64,000 nucleotides of DNA. It comes from an uncultured Chloroflexia bacterium (GTDB taxonomy: Bacteria > Chloroflexota > UBA6077 > JACCZL01). Location of the stretch: assembly GCA_963765765.1 (NCBI GenBank), contig CAVXYC010000011.1:23609-87608 (forward strand), written 5' to 3'. Made by a program: the position numbers and the translations under genes. Each line of letters opens with the position of its first letter. Positions within the stretch are counted from its first letter, which is position 1. The notes beneath the pieces were generated by a model that did no database searches, was not told the DNA's origin, and worked only from the letters and a program-made list of their open reading frames with translations. Positions 21,917-32,835 of the stretch are shown piece after piece.

Positions 21917-22245
21917 CCCAGATCTTCCTCCTCATGTCCTTCGGTCGCTCCGCCCTAACGAGCTTCGGGCTCCGCAGCGTTTGTATGCAGCGACCGAATT
22001 GGGTGTGAGCAGGATATGGGCTCGGTTGCGGGCTGATCCTGGGTCCGGGAGCACGAAGAGGTTGGCTGTGTTTTTGTACACAGCGTACAAACCACATAGA
22101 TATCTCGATTGTGCGCTGCGTCTCGGCAAATGACACAGGGAGGAGTAAATACTCAGTACATTGGGAGGGCTGGTCGTGATACGGTCACGTGCGGACGGCA
22201 CGGGGCCTGCTCTGCGTAGATCAGAGTCAACATTTAGGGGATCTC

Positions 22246-23968
22246 TTGGGCGACTTCAACACACTCGGACTGAGCGAGCCAACGCTGCGCGCGTTGGCGG
22301 ACATGGAATTCGAAGAGGCCACGCCGGTCCAAGAGCAATCGATTCCGCTGCTGCTGGCGGGGCGAGACGTAGTGGCGCAGGCTCTGACCGGGACTGGCAA
22401 GACGGCGGCGTTTGGCATCCCGATCGTGGAACGTGTCGAGGTCAGAGAAAAAACATCCTCAGGCCGTAGTCCTGACTCCTACACGCGAGCTAGCAATTCA
22501 GGTTACCGATCAGATCTGGGAAAATAGGTCGTCTGAAGGGCGTCTCGGCAGTCCCTATATATGGAGGGCAGCCGATTGGGCGGCAGCTCCAGACGCTGCA
22601 GCGTGGAGTACACGTCATCGTGGCCACTCCCGGTCGCCTACTCGATCACATGCGACGGGAGTCGGTGGATCTCTCGGCGGTCTGCACCATCGTGCTCGAC
22701 GAGGCCGACCAGATGCTGGACATGGGCTTCATCGAGGACATAGAGCTGGTCCTCGGGGCGCTACCGTCAGATCGCCTGATGGCGCTGTTTTCCGCGACGA
22801 TGCCCGATCAGATCGTCGAGCTGGCCCGCCGCCACATGCGCGAGCCGGAGATCACCCAGCTCAGTCGGCCTCGTGGTCTCACGGTGCCGGAGATCGATCA
22901 GGTCTATTACATCGTGCCGTTCCCTCGAAAGCTGGATGCATTGTGCCGCGTGCTGGACGCGCGTCAGCCGGTTCGCACCATGGTGTTCTGTGCGACCAAG
23001 CGTATGGTCGATGAGGTGGTCGAGGGGCTTCAGGCTCGCGGCTATCTTGCTGACGGCCTGCACGGAGACCACACCCAGGCCGCTCGTGAGAAGGTGCTGC
23101 GGACCTTCCGCTCGGGTCGAATCGAAGTACTCGTCGCTACGGACGTCGCGGCACGCGGGCTGGACATTCCCGAAGTGAGCCACGTTGTGAACTTCGACAT
23201 TCCGCCCGACCCTGAGTATTACGTCCATCGCATCGGGCGGACAGGCCGACTTGGCCGAAGTGGCGAAGCCATAACCTTTGTGAATCCACGGCAGATGCGC
23301 GAGCTGAAGGTTATAGAGCGCGTGACCGGCGCTCACATTCGTCGTGAGGAAGTACCGACGGTCGCGGAAGTCGAGGAGCGCGAGTTTCAAGCCCTGGAAG
23401 AGCGTCTCCAGGCGAGCCTGGCCAGTGGATCCTGGGGGCGTTACCGTTCAATGATCGAGGAGCTCGCCGACGAGCACGACCCGATCGATCTGGCAGCTGC
23501 GGCACTAGCCATGGCGGTGGATCGAGGTTCGGCTGATCGACGGGCACCGCGGTGCCGAGGACCCAGAACGGATCCAGGCACCGCGGGAGTCGACGGACGC
23601 AGACCGAGCTTCCCCAGGACGAGCCGATTGAGCGGCCTGCCTGGCGACGAAATCGTCCCGCTGAGCCCGCCCGGAATGAGCGTCCCAAAAGGGCCTGGGG
23701 GCGAGGCGAGGAGGGACTTGATAGGCGGACAGGCGAGAGACCTGATAGGCGCACTGAGGTTGAAGCTGGCCCGCCGGTTCGGACAGAGCGTCGCCCCCGA
23801 CGATCAGAAGCCGACGCCCCCGCGGAAGGAGCGCCGAAACGCGCCCGCGTGATCGCCCCAAGTTCCCGGGAAGCCGACGGGAAAGGGTCGCCCGCCCACT
23901 GGTGGCGGGGCCCGCAAGCCTCACCGCAAAGGCCCACCTCCAGCGGCCGCCGCGACAAGAAGCGGTAA
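22246..23968 (+). CDS. DEAD-box RNA helicase (CshA/DeaD-like; frame breaks near 22450, 22520 and 23550)
   Basis: Q-motif, TGTGKT, PTRELA, TPGRL, DEAD, SAT and HRIGRTGR motifs; Arg/Pro-rich tail. Confidence 0.93.
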
Positions 23969-24186
23969 TTGCGAAACAGACCCACATCCCGCGAGGGACA
24001 CCTCTGAGCGGGAAGACGGCGTGCGCAAGGCGTACGCCAAGGCTTCCAAATCAGCTCAGCAGTGGGTGGAGTCAGACGAGCTGGAGAACTATGCCCGCGC
24101 CCTTGAGCTCGCCGAACGACGGCATCGCTTGAAGTGACGTCAAACTTTCTGAGGACAAATGGGGTGCCCAAACGGTTGCCCTTTTC

Positions 24187-24277
24187 TTTTGACTGCGGCG
24201 GTGTTCGCTGCTGTCAAGCCGGCTGGAAGCCGAACGCGCTCAGCACTAAAAGCAGCGAAAACGGCGGCAGTCGAAAA
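24187..24277. repeat. REP-like palindromic element (copy 2)
   Basis: TTTTGACTGCGGCGGTGTTCGCTGCT...AGCAGCGAAAACGGCGGCAGTCGAAAA; shares internal GGCTGGAAGCCG with the 13547 copy. Confidence 0.65.
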
Positions 24278-24360
24278 AACTCTGCTCTCGATACCGAACC
24301 GACTTTATAGCGCGCTTTCGGCCCACCCCGTAACATCGGACGCTGCTCGCATTCACCAAT

Positions 24361-25560
24361 TTGGAAGGTCCATTGTTTTCTAGATTCGTTCTCGCGCTAC
24401 GCGCGGGGCTCACTCCCGCTCTGCTCTGCGCCGCGTTGCTCGTGACCGCCTGCTCGCCCGCCGCGCCCACCCCTACCGCGGCGCCGGGAAAGACCGATTC
24501 CGCGGCCACCGCCAAACCAGCCGCTTCTCCCGCTACGGCTTCGGCGGCCGCGTCACCGGCATCATCGCCGAGCGCGGCGAGCTCTTCTGCCCCGGTGGCA
24601 AATCGAGCCGCCGACGTTGCGTCCAAGCCGCTGGCCACGCTGCCAGACTTTCCCACCAAACCCATCGATATCGATCGTGCCGTACCTGCCTGGTGGTGCA
24701 TTTCGATGCGCTTTGGCGGCAGATTGCGAATCCGCTCCAGCGCCAGCTCGGTCAGCCCGTGGTGGTGAAGAATGTTCCGAGCGGGGTACGCGCATCGGCG
24801 CTCGGCAGTTTCAGCAAACGCCTGCCGATGGTTACACCTTGATTTACCTCGGGGATACCAATCTCTACGCGAGCACGCTCGTAGAGCCTTGAGCGCTTTG
24901 ACACGCAGAGCTGGGTCTGGGTGGCGGGCATCCGCCTTTCTGGCCGTTGTCAGTACCGGTAAAGACTCGCCGTTCAAAACGGCGCAGGACCTGGTAAATG
25001 CCGCGAAAGCCGGACAAGCGAATAAGGCTGCCCAACAATGGCCTGGGCGGCTATCTTGGAAGTCAAGTCCTCCTGGCCACCGCTCTGGGTGTGTCGAAAA
25101 CGCGGTCCACGTGGGCGGATTTGGTGGGCCAGGCGACATGGCGCCATCGCTCATCAGGAACGAGACAGAGATCAGCCTCGGAACGCCGGTGACGTCATGG
25201 ATCGGGTTCTTCCAGACGGGCGACTCGCGACTACTCTTCGTCCCTGAGCCCGACCGTAATGCGCTGATTCCTGATGTGCCGACAGCTCGTGAGCTGAATC
25301 TGCCCAACGTCAATGATCTAGAGGTACTGGGCACCAGCACAGATGGATTCGCTGTTGGGCCCGGTACCCCGCCGGACCGCGTGCAGCTTCTGCAGGAAGC
25401 CACCTTGCGTGCGATGCAGGACCCCGAGTTCCTGACCTGGGCGCGCGAAAGCGGCACAGCCGACGATCTGCTGCCCTTGCCCGGGCGGAGTTCAAGTCAC
25501 GCAAGGCGGCCGAATACAGCACTTATTTCAAGTACGTGGGCCAGATCAAGAAGGCCGTAA
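24361..25560 (+). CDS. TctC/Bug-like tripartite tricarboxylate transporter substrate-binding lipoprotein (several frame breaks)
   Basis: VTAC lipobox, AP-rich linker, FPTKPI..IVPYLPGGAF, PADGYT, PDVPTAREL and GPGTP..AMQDPEF. Confidence 0.75.
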
Positions 25561-25625
25561 GCTAAACGATCAGTGCTGGGCCGCGCAGGAAGCGGCCCAG
25601 CATTTGCCACAATTGCCCTTGAAGT

Positions 25626-26714
25626 GTGACTCCACATCGTCCCGATTCTCCGAGGGCCCGCGCGGAACTGAAGTACTACCGGCTGGCCACCGTGCGCGAT
25701 GTGGACGGCGCCAGCTATCTCGAGACCTTCCTGGTATCAGCGGTCGCATCAATACTGCTGATTCGTCTCTACCTCGAGCTCACAGACTATCCGCAGATCG
25801 GCGGCGGCGGGCTGCACATTGCCCACGTGCTCTGGGGCGGCTTCCTCATGCTGCTCGCCCTGGTGCTATTGCTCGGATTTCTGGGCAAGCATGTCAAACG
25901 CGCCGCCGCCGTGGTAGGCGGAGTCGGCTTCGGCGCATTCATCGACGAGTTGGGGAAATTCATCACCAGCGACAACGACTACTTCTATCGTCCCACGGCC
26001 GCGCTCATCTACGTGATTTTCATTGGGCTGGTCTTGCTCTTTCGCTGGATCGAGCAGCGCCGACATCATTCGCGTCTAGAGCTCCTGGTGAATTCCGCTG
26101 ACATGTTGAAAGAGGTCATCATCGATGGCGCGCGGAGCGATGAGATAATCCGAGCGCTAGCACTTCTAGAGCAAGTCGGCGAGGATACCGAGCTAACTCG
26201 TGCACTTCGGCAAGTGGTACTCAGCGCGGATCGTGCGCCTGATCACCCGCCATCCATCCCCACGCGAGCGGCACTTCGCATGCGCAGCCTGTACGAGCGA
26301 CTGCTCGTACATCACTGGTTTCAGAGAGCGCTTCTGCTCATCTTTGTCGGCAATGCTGCGAGCGGTGTGGTCGTGGTGGGACTCGTACTTGTTCAAGGCT
26401 CAGACATGTTATTCAGCAGCGAGGTGCGCTCATTCACGGCCATGGGCCAGGCGAGCTCAGCAGCGATAGTCTGGAGCCTGGCCGTGGTCGGGACGTTGCG
26501 ACTTCGCCATTCCAGACTAGCCGCCTTCGGATGGTTCAAACGCTCCGTACTCGCTACGATTTTCTTCGTCCAGGTATTCCTATTCATGCAAAACCAGCCA
26601 ATCGCCCTTGCCGGTCTCCTTGCCAACCTGGTGCTTCTGGGGGGTGTCAATGCGCTTATTCGAGCCGAACGAATTCGACGTGCAGAACACGGTGATCTTA
26701 CGGCAACGAGGTAG
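25626..26714 (+). CDS. Conserved multi-pass membrane protein
   Basis: YPQIGGGGLHIAHVLWGG and GFGAFIDELGKFITSDNDYFY; about 8 TM segments. Confidence 0.75.
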   Translation: MTPHRPDSPRARAELKYYRLATVRDVDGASYLETFLVSAVASILLIRLYLELTDYPQIGGGGLHIAHVLWGGFLMLLALVLLLGFLGKHVKRAAAVVGGVGFGAFIDELGKFITSDNDYFYRPTAALIYVIFIGLVLLFRWIEQRRHHSRLELLVNSADMLKEVIIDGARSDEIIRALALLEQVGEDTELTRALRQVVLSADRAPDHPPSIPTRAALRMRSLYERLLVHHWFQRALLLIFVGNAASGVVVVGLVLVQGSDMLFSSEVRSFTAMGQASSAAIVWSLAVVGTLRLRHSRLAAFGWFKRSVLATIFFVQVFLFMQNQPIALAGLLANLVLLGGVNALIRAERIRRAEHGDLTATR

Positions 26715-26792
26715 CACTGGTGAACGCGCAACGATGATATGCAACTCCCAACGCTCCAACGCCGTCTTACGAATACGAGGAGGACTCGTCTG

Positions 26793-28026
26793 ATGACCAT
26801 ACCCGCGCAAGGAGCGGATTCAACCAGCGATGAGCTGGTGCTGCATCCACCCTCGCCAGTCGGCCCAGTAAGGCCCGAGCAAGTCGCCGCGGTCCGAGTT
26901 GACGACGCTACCGCTGAACAGATTTCCACCGCGGTCCGAACCTACGTGGAGTCGCTCACCTCACTGGAGGCGCAATCGCCCGAGTTCGAGCACAAAGTCA
27001 CAGCGATCAGTCGTATGGGCAATGATGAGATTCGACGCTCATCCGAGGCATCAACCGATTTCTGGATCGGCCCACCACGCGCTCAAGGACGGGCCGCTCT
27101 CACAGGGCTCTGAGGTATCATCGGCACTCCTCTCACTTCGTCAACAAATAGAGAGTCTGGACCCGTCTCGTCACCTGGGCAACCGTCGAGGCATCTTCAG
27201 TCGACTTACTATGCGGGACGAGGTGGGAACATATTTCCGCAAGTACCAGTCAGCGCAATCGCAGATTGAGGCCATTGTCAATAGCCTGTACCGAGGCCAA
27301 GACGAGCTGCTACGCGATAACGCCGCGCTGGAGCAGGAGAAAGCGCATCTCTGGGAGATGAAGCGCCGCCTGGAACAGTATTCATACATGGCCGGGAAGC
27401 TTGACGAGGCGCTAGAAACTGAGGTCCAGCAGATCTCGATCGAAGACCCTCAGAAAGCACGCGCACTGAAAGAGGATGCCCTCTTCTACGTGCGTCAGAA
27501 ACGTCAAGACTTACTCACACAGCTCTCGGTCACAGTGCAGGGTTACCTGGCACTGGACCTCATCCGAAGGAATAACCTGGAGCTGGTCAAGGGAGTAGAG
27601 CGGGCAACGACAACCACGGTCTCGGCCCTCCGCACAGCGGTCATCGCTGCGCTCGCCCTGGGAAACCAGCGCCTGGTGCTTGATCAGATCACCGCGCTCA
27701 ACAGCACGACAGGCAACATCATTCAGTCCACCTCGGAGATGTTGCGACAACAATCGGCCGAGATTCAGAATCAGGCCGCCAGCTCTACAGTGGACGTCAA
27801 ACAGCTGCAGTCAGCCTTCGACAACATCTATGCGACAATTGATGCAATCGACACCTTCAAGCTGTCGGCGCTGGACTCAATGAAGACGACGATCGACGCG
27901 CTCACCAAGGAGGTGGCGCGTGCCCAGACCCACGTGGAGCGAGCACGAGCATCCGAGCTGGCTCAGCTCCGGGCCGAAACGATGCAGCAGGAGCTTGTGT
28001 TGCCAGCTGAGAAGGGTGCCGCGTGA
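26793..28026 (+). CDS. Toxic anion resistance protein (TelA family; frame breaks near 27060-27090)
   Basis: YFRKYQSAQSQI, GQDELLRDN and QGYLALDLIRRNNLELVKGVERATTTTVSALRTA. Confidence 0.88.
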
Positions 28027-28158
28027 CGGACTACGATAACAGTGCCCCATCCCGTGAGGGGGCGGCTTTCCCGGGAGCCCAACAGACCCTCCGACCGGGA
28101 TATCTACGAAGAACCGCACCCCAGGGACGCGGCTCTGTTAGCGAGAGGTCATTAGACC

Positions 28159-28842
28159 ATGTGGTTACTACTATTCCCACTCCTGCTCGTGACCATTGTG
28201 CTCTCGATGATCCTGGGCACAGCGGCAATATTCGTGACCGTAGCCAGGGATATGCCCGTCCTCCTGATCGCGCTAGGCGCCTGGATCGTATGGCGGGCTA
28301 ATCGCCCAAGCTCACATCGCCGCGCGTATCGTTACGGGCATCGCCAATGGCGATACGAGGCGGATCAACGGCGACCCGAGGCTGGTCGCATCATCGAGCA
28401 TGACACCGTAAAACCGCCCGCGGTCGGACCCGCCGCAGCGACCCCGATTCAGAGGCCGAGGGGGGAGCTGCCCATCGATGTGCAAGTGATGGTGGAGCAG
28501 ATCACGCGCAAGGCGGATGTCCTACAGGGCTATGCAGATCGCTTTCCTCCCATGTCACAGGACTTGCACATCGTTCGGCAGACGGCGGCTGACTATCTCC
28601 CCAGAACGGTTAACGCATACCTGGCGTTACCGAGCGATGACGATCCGTTCGACATCACCACCAATGAGGAGGCGCTGCAGGAGCTTCGCAACCAGCTACG
28701 GTTGCTGGACGTGAAACTTGACGAGATCGCGCAGGATCTTCAGCGTCAGGACATGGATCGTCTTCTTGCGAACCGACGGTTCCTCGAAGAACGATTCCGT
28801 CCACGCGAATTAGAAGAGCCAGCAGGAAGCGGCAAAAGCTAG
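28159..28842 (+). CDS. TelA-associated membrane-anchored helical protein (XpaC-like position)
   Basis: Two N-terminal TM segments; RQTAADYLPRTVNAYLALP and LLANRRFLEERF. Confidence 0.65.
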   Translation: MWLLLFPLLLVTIVLSMILGTAAIFVTVARDMPVLLIALGAWIVWRANRPSSHRRAYRYGHRQWRYEADQRRPEAGRIIEHDTVKPPAVGPAAATPIQRPRGELPIDVQVMVEQITRKADVLQGYADRFPPMSQDLHIVRQTAADYLPRTVNAYLALPSDDDPFDITTNEEALQELRNQLRLLDVKLDEIAQDLQRQDMDRLLANRRFLEERFRPRELEEPAGSGKS

Positions 28843-28855
28843 CAGAAGCTCCTGT

Positions 28856-28965
28856 GCTTCTGCCTTTGGCCTTTGGCCTTTGGGAGAGGGTTGGGTCGAG
28901 ACGAGGGGATCTCCAGCGCCTCTCATCCTCGCTCCAGCCCTCTCCCAAAGGCCAAAGGCAGGAGC
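28856..28965. repeat. Heptamer (GGCCTTT)n / GGGAGAGGG-CCCTCTCCC inverted repeat between convergent genes
   Basis: TGCCTTTGGCCTTTGGCCTTTGGGAGAGGG...CCCTCTCCCAAAGGCCAAAGGCA. Confidence 0.8.
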
Positions 28966-28966
28966 T

Positions 28967-29551
28967 TTAGCGCCGACCTAGCAGCGCTAGCAGCTTCGCC
29001 TGAGGGCTCGCATCGGGTCCCACGTCCAGGTTTTCCCCGAAGATACCCGCGCTACGCCATTGCTCGCTGATTAGCTCGGCGATCGGCAAGCAGGCCTGAA
29101 CCAGATCCGCGTCAAGCGTTGCATCTTGCCCGCTGCCGACAGCAATGTCCCAGCCGTGAACAAGCGTATCCAGGAAGAGCTGCGACGCGTACTCCGACCC
29201 CGGAAAATCACCGAACGAAAGATGGCAAACGGCATCCATTGCTCCAGATGCCTCGGCCGCGGCGGCGGCCAGTGGAACCGAGCGCGCGTACGCAATAGCA
29301 GGGTCATTTCCGACGATGTCGCCGTCCAGCCTGTCTCCAACGTCCGCCATCGTCTTACCCTGGAAAATCTCCGCCGCCCAGAGATTCTCACCCACGATGT
29401 GATTTACTACATCGCGAACATTCCACTCCGTGCAGGGTGTAGCGGATGTCCACTGATCAGGACGCACGTTTGCAATGATTTGCTCGGTCCTGCGCATGGC
29501 CTGCGCATAAAGCTGCCCGGTCGTCATGCCGCCTCCTACTGCATCAGCCAT
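28967..29551 (-). CDS. TIGR03086-family DinB-like protein
   Basis: TPCTEWNVRDVVNH, LVHGWDIA and LLALLGR motifs. Confidence 0.87.
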   Translation of the reverse strand: MADAVGGGMTTGQLYAQAMRRTEQIIANVRPDQWTSATPCTEWNVRDVVNHIVGENLWAAEIFQGKTMADVGDRLDGDIVGNDPAIAYARSVPLAAAAAEASGAMDAVCHLSFGDFPGSEYASQLFLDTLVHGWDIAVGSGQDATLDADLVQACLPIAELISEQWRSAGIFGENLDVGPDASPQAKLLALLGRR

Positions 29552-29734
29552 AGAGTCCGCCTTTTCTGAGCTGCGCTCACCGCGACTCCATTGTAGTGCG
29601 CTTCCCATCAGCTCCCTCGCCCTTTGGGTGAGGGGGGCTGAATGGAGAGGGCCTCGGCAGGATCGGGGAGCCGGTTGCGTGGCCCAGGGCCTAGCGGATC
29701 GTTATGCTCATGCAGGACCACGAAGGACAATCAT

Positions 29735-31420
29735 TTGGACCTACCCGTAATCCTCATCGTTGGCCATGACGCGTTGGTGCGGCGCGCCATGCAGCGAGAT
29801 CTCGAACGGCAGTTTGCTAGCGACTATCAGGTGCGCTCAGTAAAATTTACCCGGTCGGCCTGGTCTCGACGTCATCCGCGAATGCGCCTTGCACGGGCAA
29901 TGGGTGGCCATGCTGCTTGCCGACCAGCCTATGCCAGAGATGAGCGGCATCGCGTTTCTGGCCGAGTCGGCTCGATTAACTCCGAGAGCCAAACGAGTGT
30001 TGCTGGCTGCCTATGACGATACTCAGGCCGCGATCAGCGCGATCAACCAAGTGCGTCTGGACTACTATCTCCCGCGACCAACGGGCTCTCCCGACCAGAG
30101 CCATTACACCGCCATCGGGACCTCCTGGATGACCGGCACACAACCGCGCCGAGGGGGGGCACCGGAATTCGTGTCGTCGGTCATCGCTGCATCCGCCCGT
30201 TCCCATGAGATCAAAGATTATCTAGCGCGGAGCCTGGTTCCTTATGAATGGATGGACGTTGAGGCACAGGGGGACGCGCAGCATCTACCTTGGCGCTTCC
30301 CGGCACCAACCCGGCCCAGCTTCCACTGGTGCTCTTTCCCGATGGCGCGACACTGGTCCAGCCTGACGTTTCCAAACTCGCGCAACACCTGGGCCTTCGC
30401 ACGCACGCCCAACGTCGTTTCTACGATCTCGTCATCGTCGGTGGCGAACCGGCCGGATTGGCCGCGGCAGTCTACGGTGCCCTGGAAGGGCTCCACACGC
30501 TACTGATTGAGCGCGAGGCTCCTGGCGGTCAGGCAGGAATGAGCGCACGCATCGAGAACTACCTGGGGTTCCCTTCATGTCTCAGCGGTGGCGAGCGGAC
30601 CCGACACGCTGCTGCTCAAGCCAGTCGCTTCGGGGCCGAGATCCTGACTCCATGCGAGGTGGTTAGCGTCGAGCTGCACGGCGACTATCGGGTGATCCGT
30701 CTGTCCTCGGGCGAAGAGATCAACTGTCAGGCGCTGCTCATCGCCACAGGCATCTCTTATCGAAAGCTGGATGTACAGGGCGCCGATCGATTGTCCGGCG
30801 CGGGCGTGTATTACGGAACGGCCGTACCAGAGGCGCTGGAATCGCAGGGGCGGGACGTCTTCATCGTTGGCGGCGGCAACTCGGCCGGCCAGGCGGCTAT
30901 GTATCTCTCCCAATATGCCCGCTCGGTGACGGTGCTCGTGCGCGGCGAGTCACTGGCTAGCAGCATGTCGCAGTATCTCATTGCCCAGATTGAGTCCACG
31001 GACCGCGTCACTGTGCGTGCGCGAACGAGCGTCATCGAGGTGCTGGGCGAGAGCCACATTGAGTCGCTACGTCTCCGATGCTCCGATCCCGCCATGGAGG
31101 AGACCATCCCAGGGGACGCACTCTTCATCTTTACAGGTGCTACGCCTCGAACCGATTGGGTAAAGGGGACGATCGAACGCGATGAGGATGGCTTCATTCT
31201 TCCCGGAGCGGACGTGATGCGCGACGGCAACCCACCACTCGGCTGGCCGCTGGAGCGCGATCCCTATTGGCTGAAAAGAGCACGAATACGGCCCCGGCGT
31301 CTTCGTCGCCGGTGATGTGCGTCATGGATCGGTCAAGCAGATCGCCTCAGCAGACCGGCGAAGGCGCCATGGCCGTACAGCTCATTCACGGCCACCTGGC
31401 CGTTCCATCGCCGCGGCGAG
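29735..31420 (+). pseudogene. Receiver-domain/thioredoxin-reductase-like FAD oxidoreductase fusion, degraded
   Basis: REC part (ADQPMPEMSG, AKRVLL); GGQAGMSARIENYLGFP, IATG, GGGNSAGQAA and GDVRHGSVK. Multiple frameshifts plus substitutions in conserved motifs (GGEPAG, VGHD). Confidence 0.7.
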
Positions 31421-31439
31421 TGGGGTGGGCTGCTGCTCC

Positions 31440-31888
31440 TCGAGGAGCACATCGCTCTCCTGCGCTCATCATAAGTCTCGCGAACCTGGCCGATCGCGAT
31501 CTCGAGCTTCTGGCAGAGCTAGCGAATCCCGTGGACGTACCGTGTGATCAGCTCATTATTGAAGAGGGTCGGGAAGGCGACACGCTTTACCTGGTGTTGG
31601 ATGGGCAGCTCGAAGTCTTCACTAATCGCGACGGTCGTGATGTGCGGCTGACGCTCCTCACCCGCGGACAAATCGTTGGCGAAATGGCAGTGCTGCAGCA
31701 ATCGCCGCGCACTGGCCTCTGTCCGAGCGGGCTGTGACGCTGGCCTGCTGGTGATCAGCCAGGCCGCGTTTCTACGAATGCTGATGAAGAATGCGAGCGC
31801 ATTGCGTGAAGTCTTGCGCACCGTCACGTCTCGCGTACGCGAGACGGAGAACACGTTAACTCAGCAAGCACCATTCCCTCGTGGATAA
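31440..31888 (+). pseudogene. Cyclic-nucleotide-binding domain, truncated (kinase part absent)
   Basis: IIEEGREGDTLYLVLDGQLEV, GQIVGEMAVL, then (R)LASVRA after a frame break; stops after ENTLTQQ. Confidence 0.65.
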
Positions 31889-32061
31889 GCTCCAAAGTAC
31901 TCCCCCTGAGAGGTCTGCATCACGGCTAGTCCACTGAGAGAGGGCGTGCCCGGTAGCCACGGTGCCCCGGTGAATGCACACCGCCCCGACCTTCCGGCCG
32001 CCTTGGCCGAAGCACAGCGCATGATACGAACGGCCCGAAAAGGCTGTCAAGACGTAGCGAA

Positions 32062-32136
32062 ATGAAGAATGCGGAATGAAGAATTAGGTCAGTAATTCCC
32101 TTGACCATTCTTAATTTTTAATTCTGCATTCTTCAT
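32062..32136. repeat. AT-rich heptamer (AATGAAG)n inverted repeat
   Basis: ATGAAGAATGCGGAATGAAGAATT...AATTTTTAATTCTGCATTCTTCAT. Confidence 0.8.
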
Positions 32137-32140
32137 ACGT

Positions 32141-32663
32141 TCAATAGCGCTCCCAATGTGCGAAGTCAGTGATCGGTTTGCGCGCTCCGCCATCTGGCCG
32201 TGGGGGTCGTGCGCGACGAGCTTCCACGTCCGTGTGTCCGACGGCCACGACAGTTTTGGCACGCTTGTCTGAGGGGGATCCCGAGCAGCGATTTGGCATT
32301 GTCAGGGCCGTCGTTTTTCAGCGTGGCTACGGTCGAGCCGAGACCATGCGCTGCCGCGGCCAGACACAGCCGCTCCGCGAGCCGTCCTTCGTCAAATGCA
32401 ACGTCATCGCTCGTGCTAACTATCAGGAACACTCACGCCAGCAGTTGCCGCGGGTTTGGCGCCCCAGTCGCCAAACTTCTCTCTGACCGAGGCATCATCC
32501 ACCACGACCACTCCCAGGGCTGCCGATTCACTCCGCTCCCCGTCCAGCAACCGGCCTCGAGAATGTCCTCGATGACCGGCCTATCAATCTCCTCGGGCGT
32601 GTACTCCTTGATCGCCCGAAGCTTCGCTAGAAAGGTCGACTTCTCATTATTAGATAGCGCCAT
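32141..32663 (-). CDS. Nitroreductase family protein (frame breaks)
   Basis: LRAIKEY, WTGSGVNRQPW, FDEGR..LAAAAHGLGS; ends HWERY. Confidence 0.82.
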
Positions 32664-32835
32664 TGCTCCGCCCCCCACACTTCACTGAGCGCGCTCACGG
32701 CACACTTGTGATCAGTCTTCCCACGGTCCTTGCGGTGGCGACCGATCTGCGTCTGAAGATCTCCATGAGCCTGGTTGACAGTCCAGTGCTAGGCTGACGC
32801 ACATCTCGACGTTCATGATTCAAAGGGTGGTAACC

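Noticed and set aside
23690-23760. Short direct repeat (GACTTGATAGGCG / GACCTGATAGGCG) as a CRISPR
   Set aside because: Only two copies, inside the low-complexity helicase tail.
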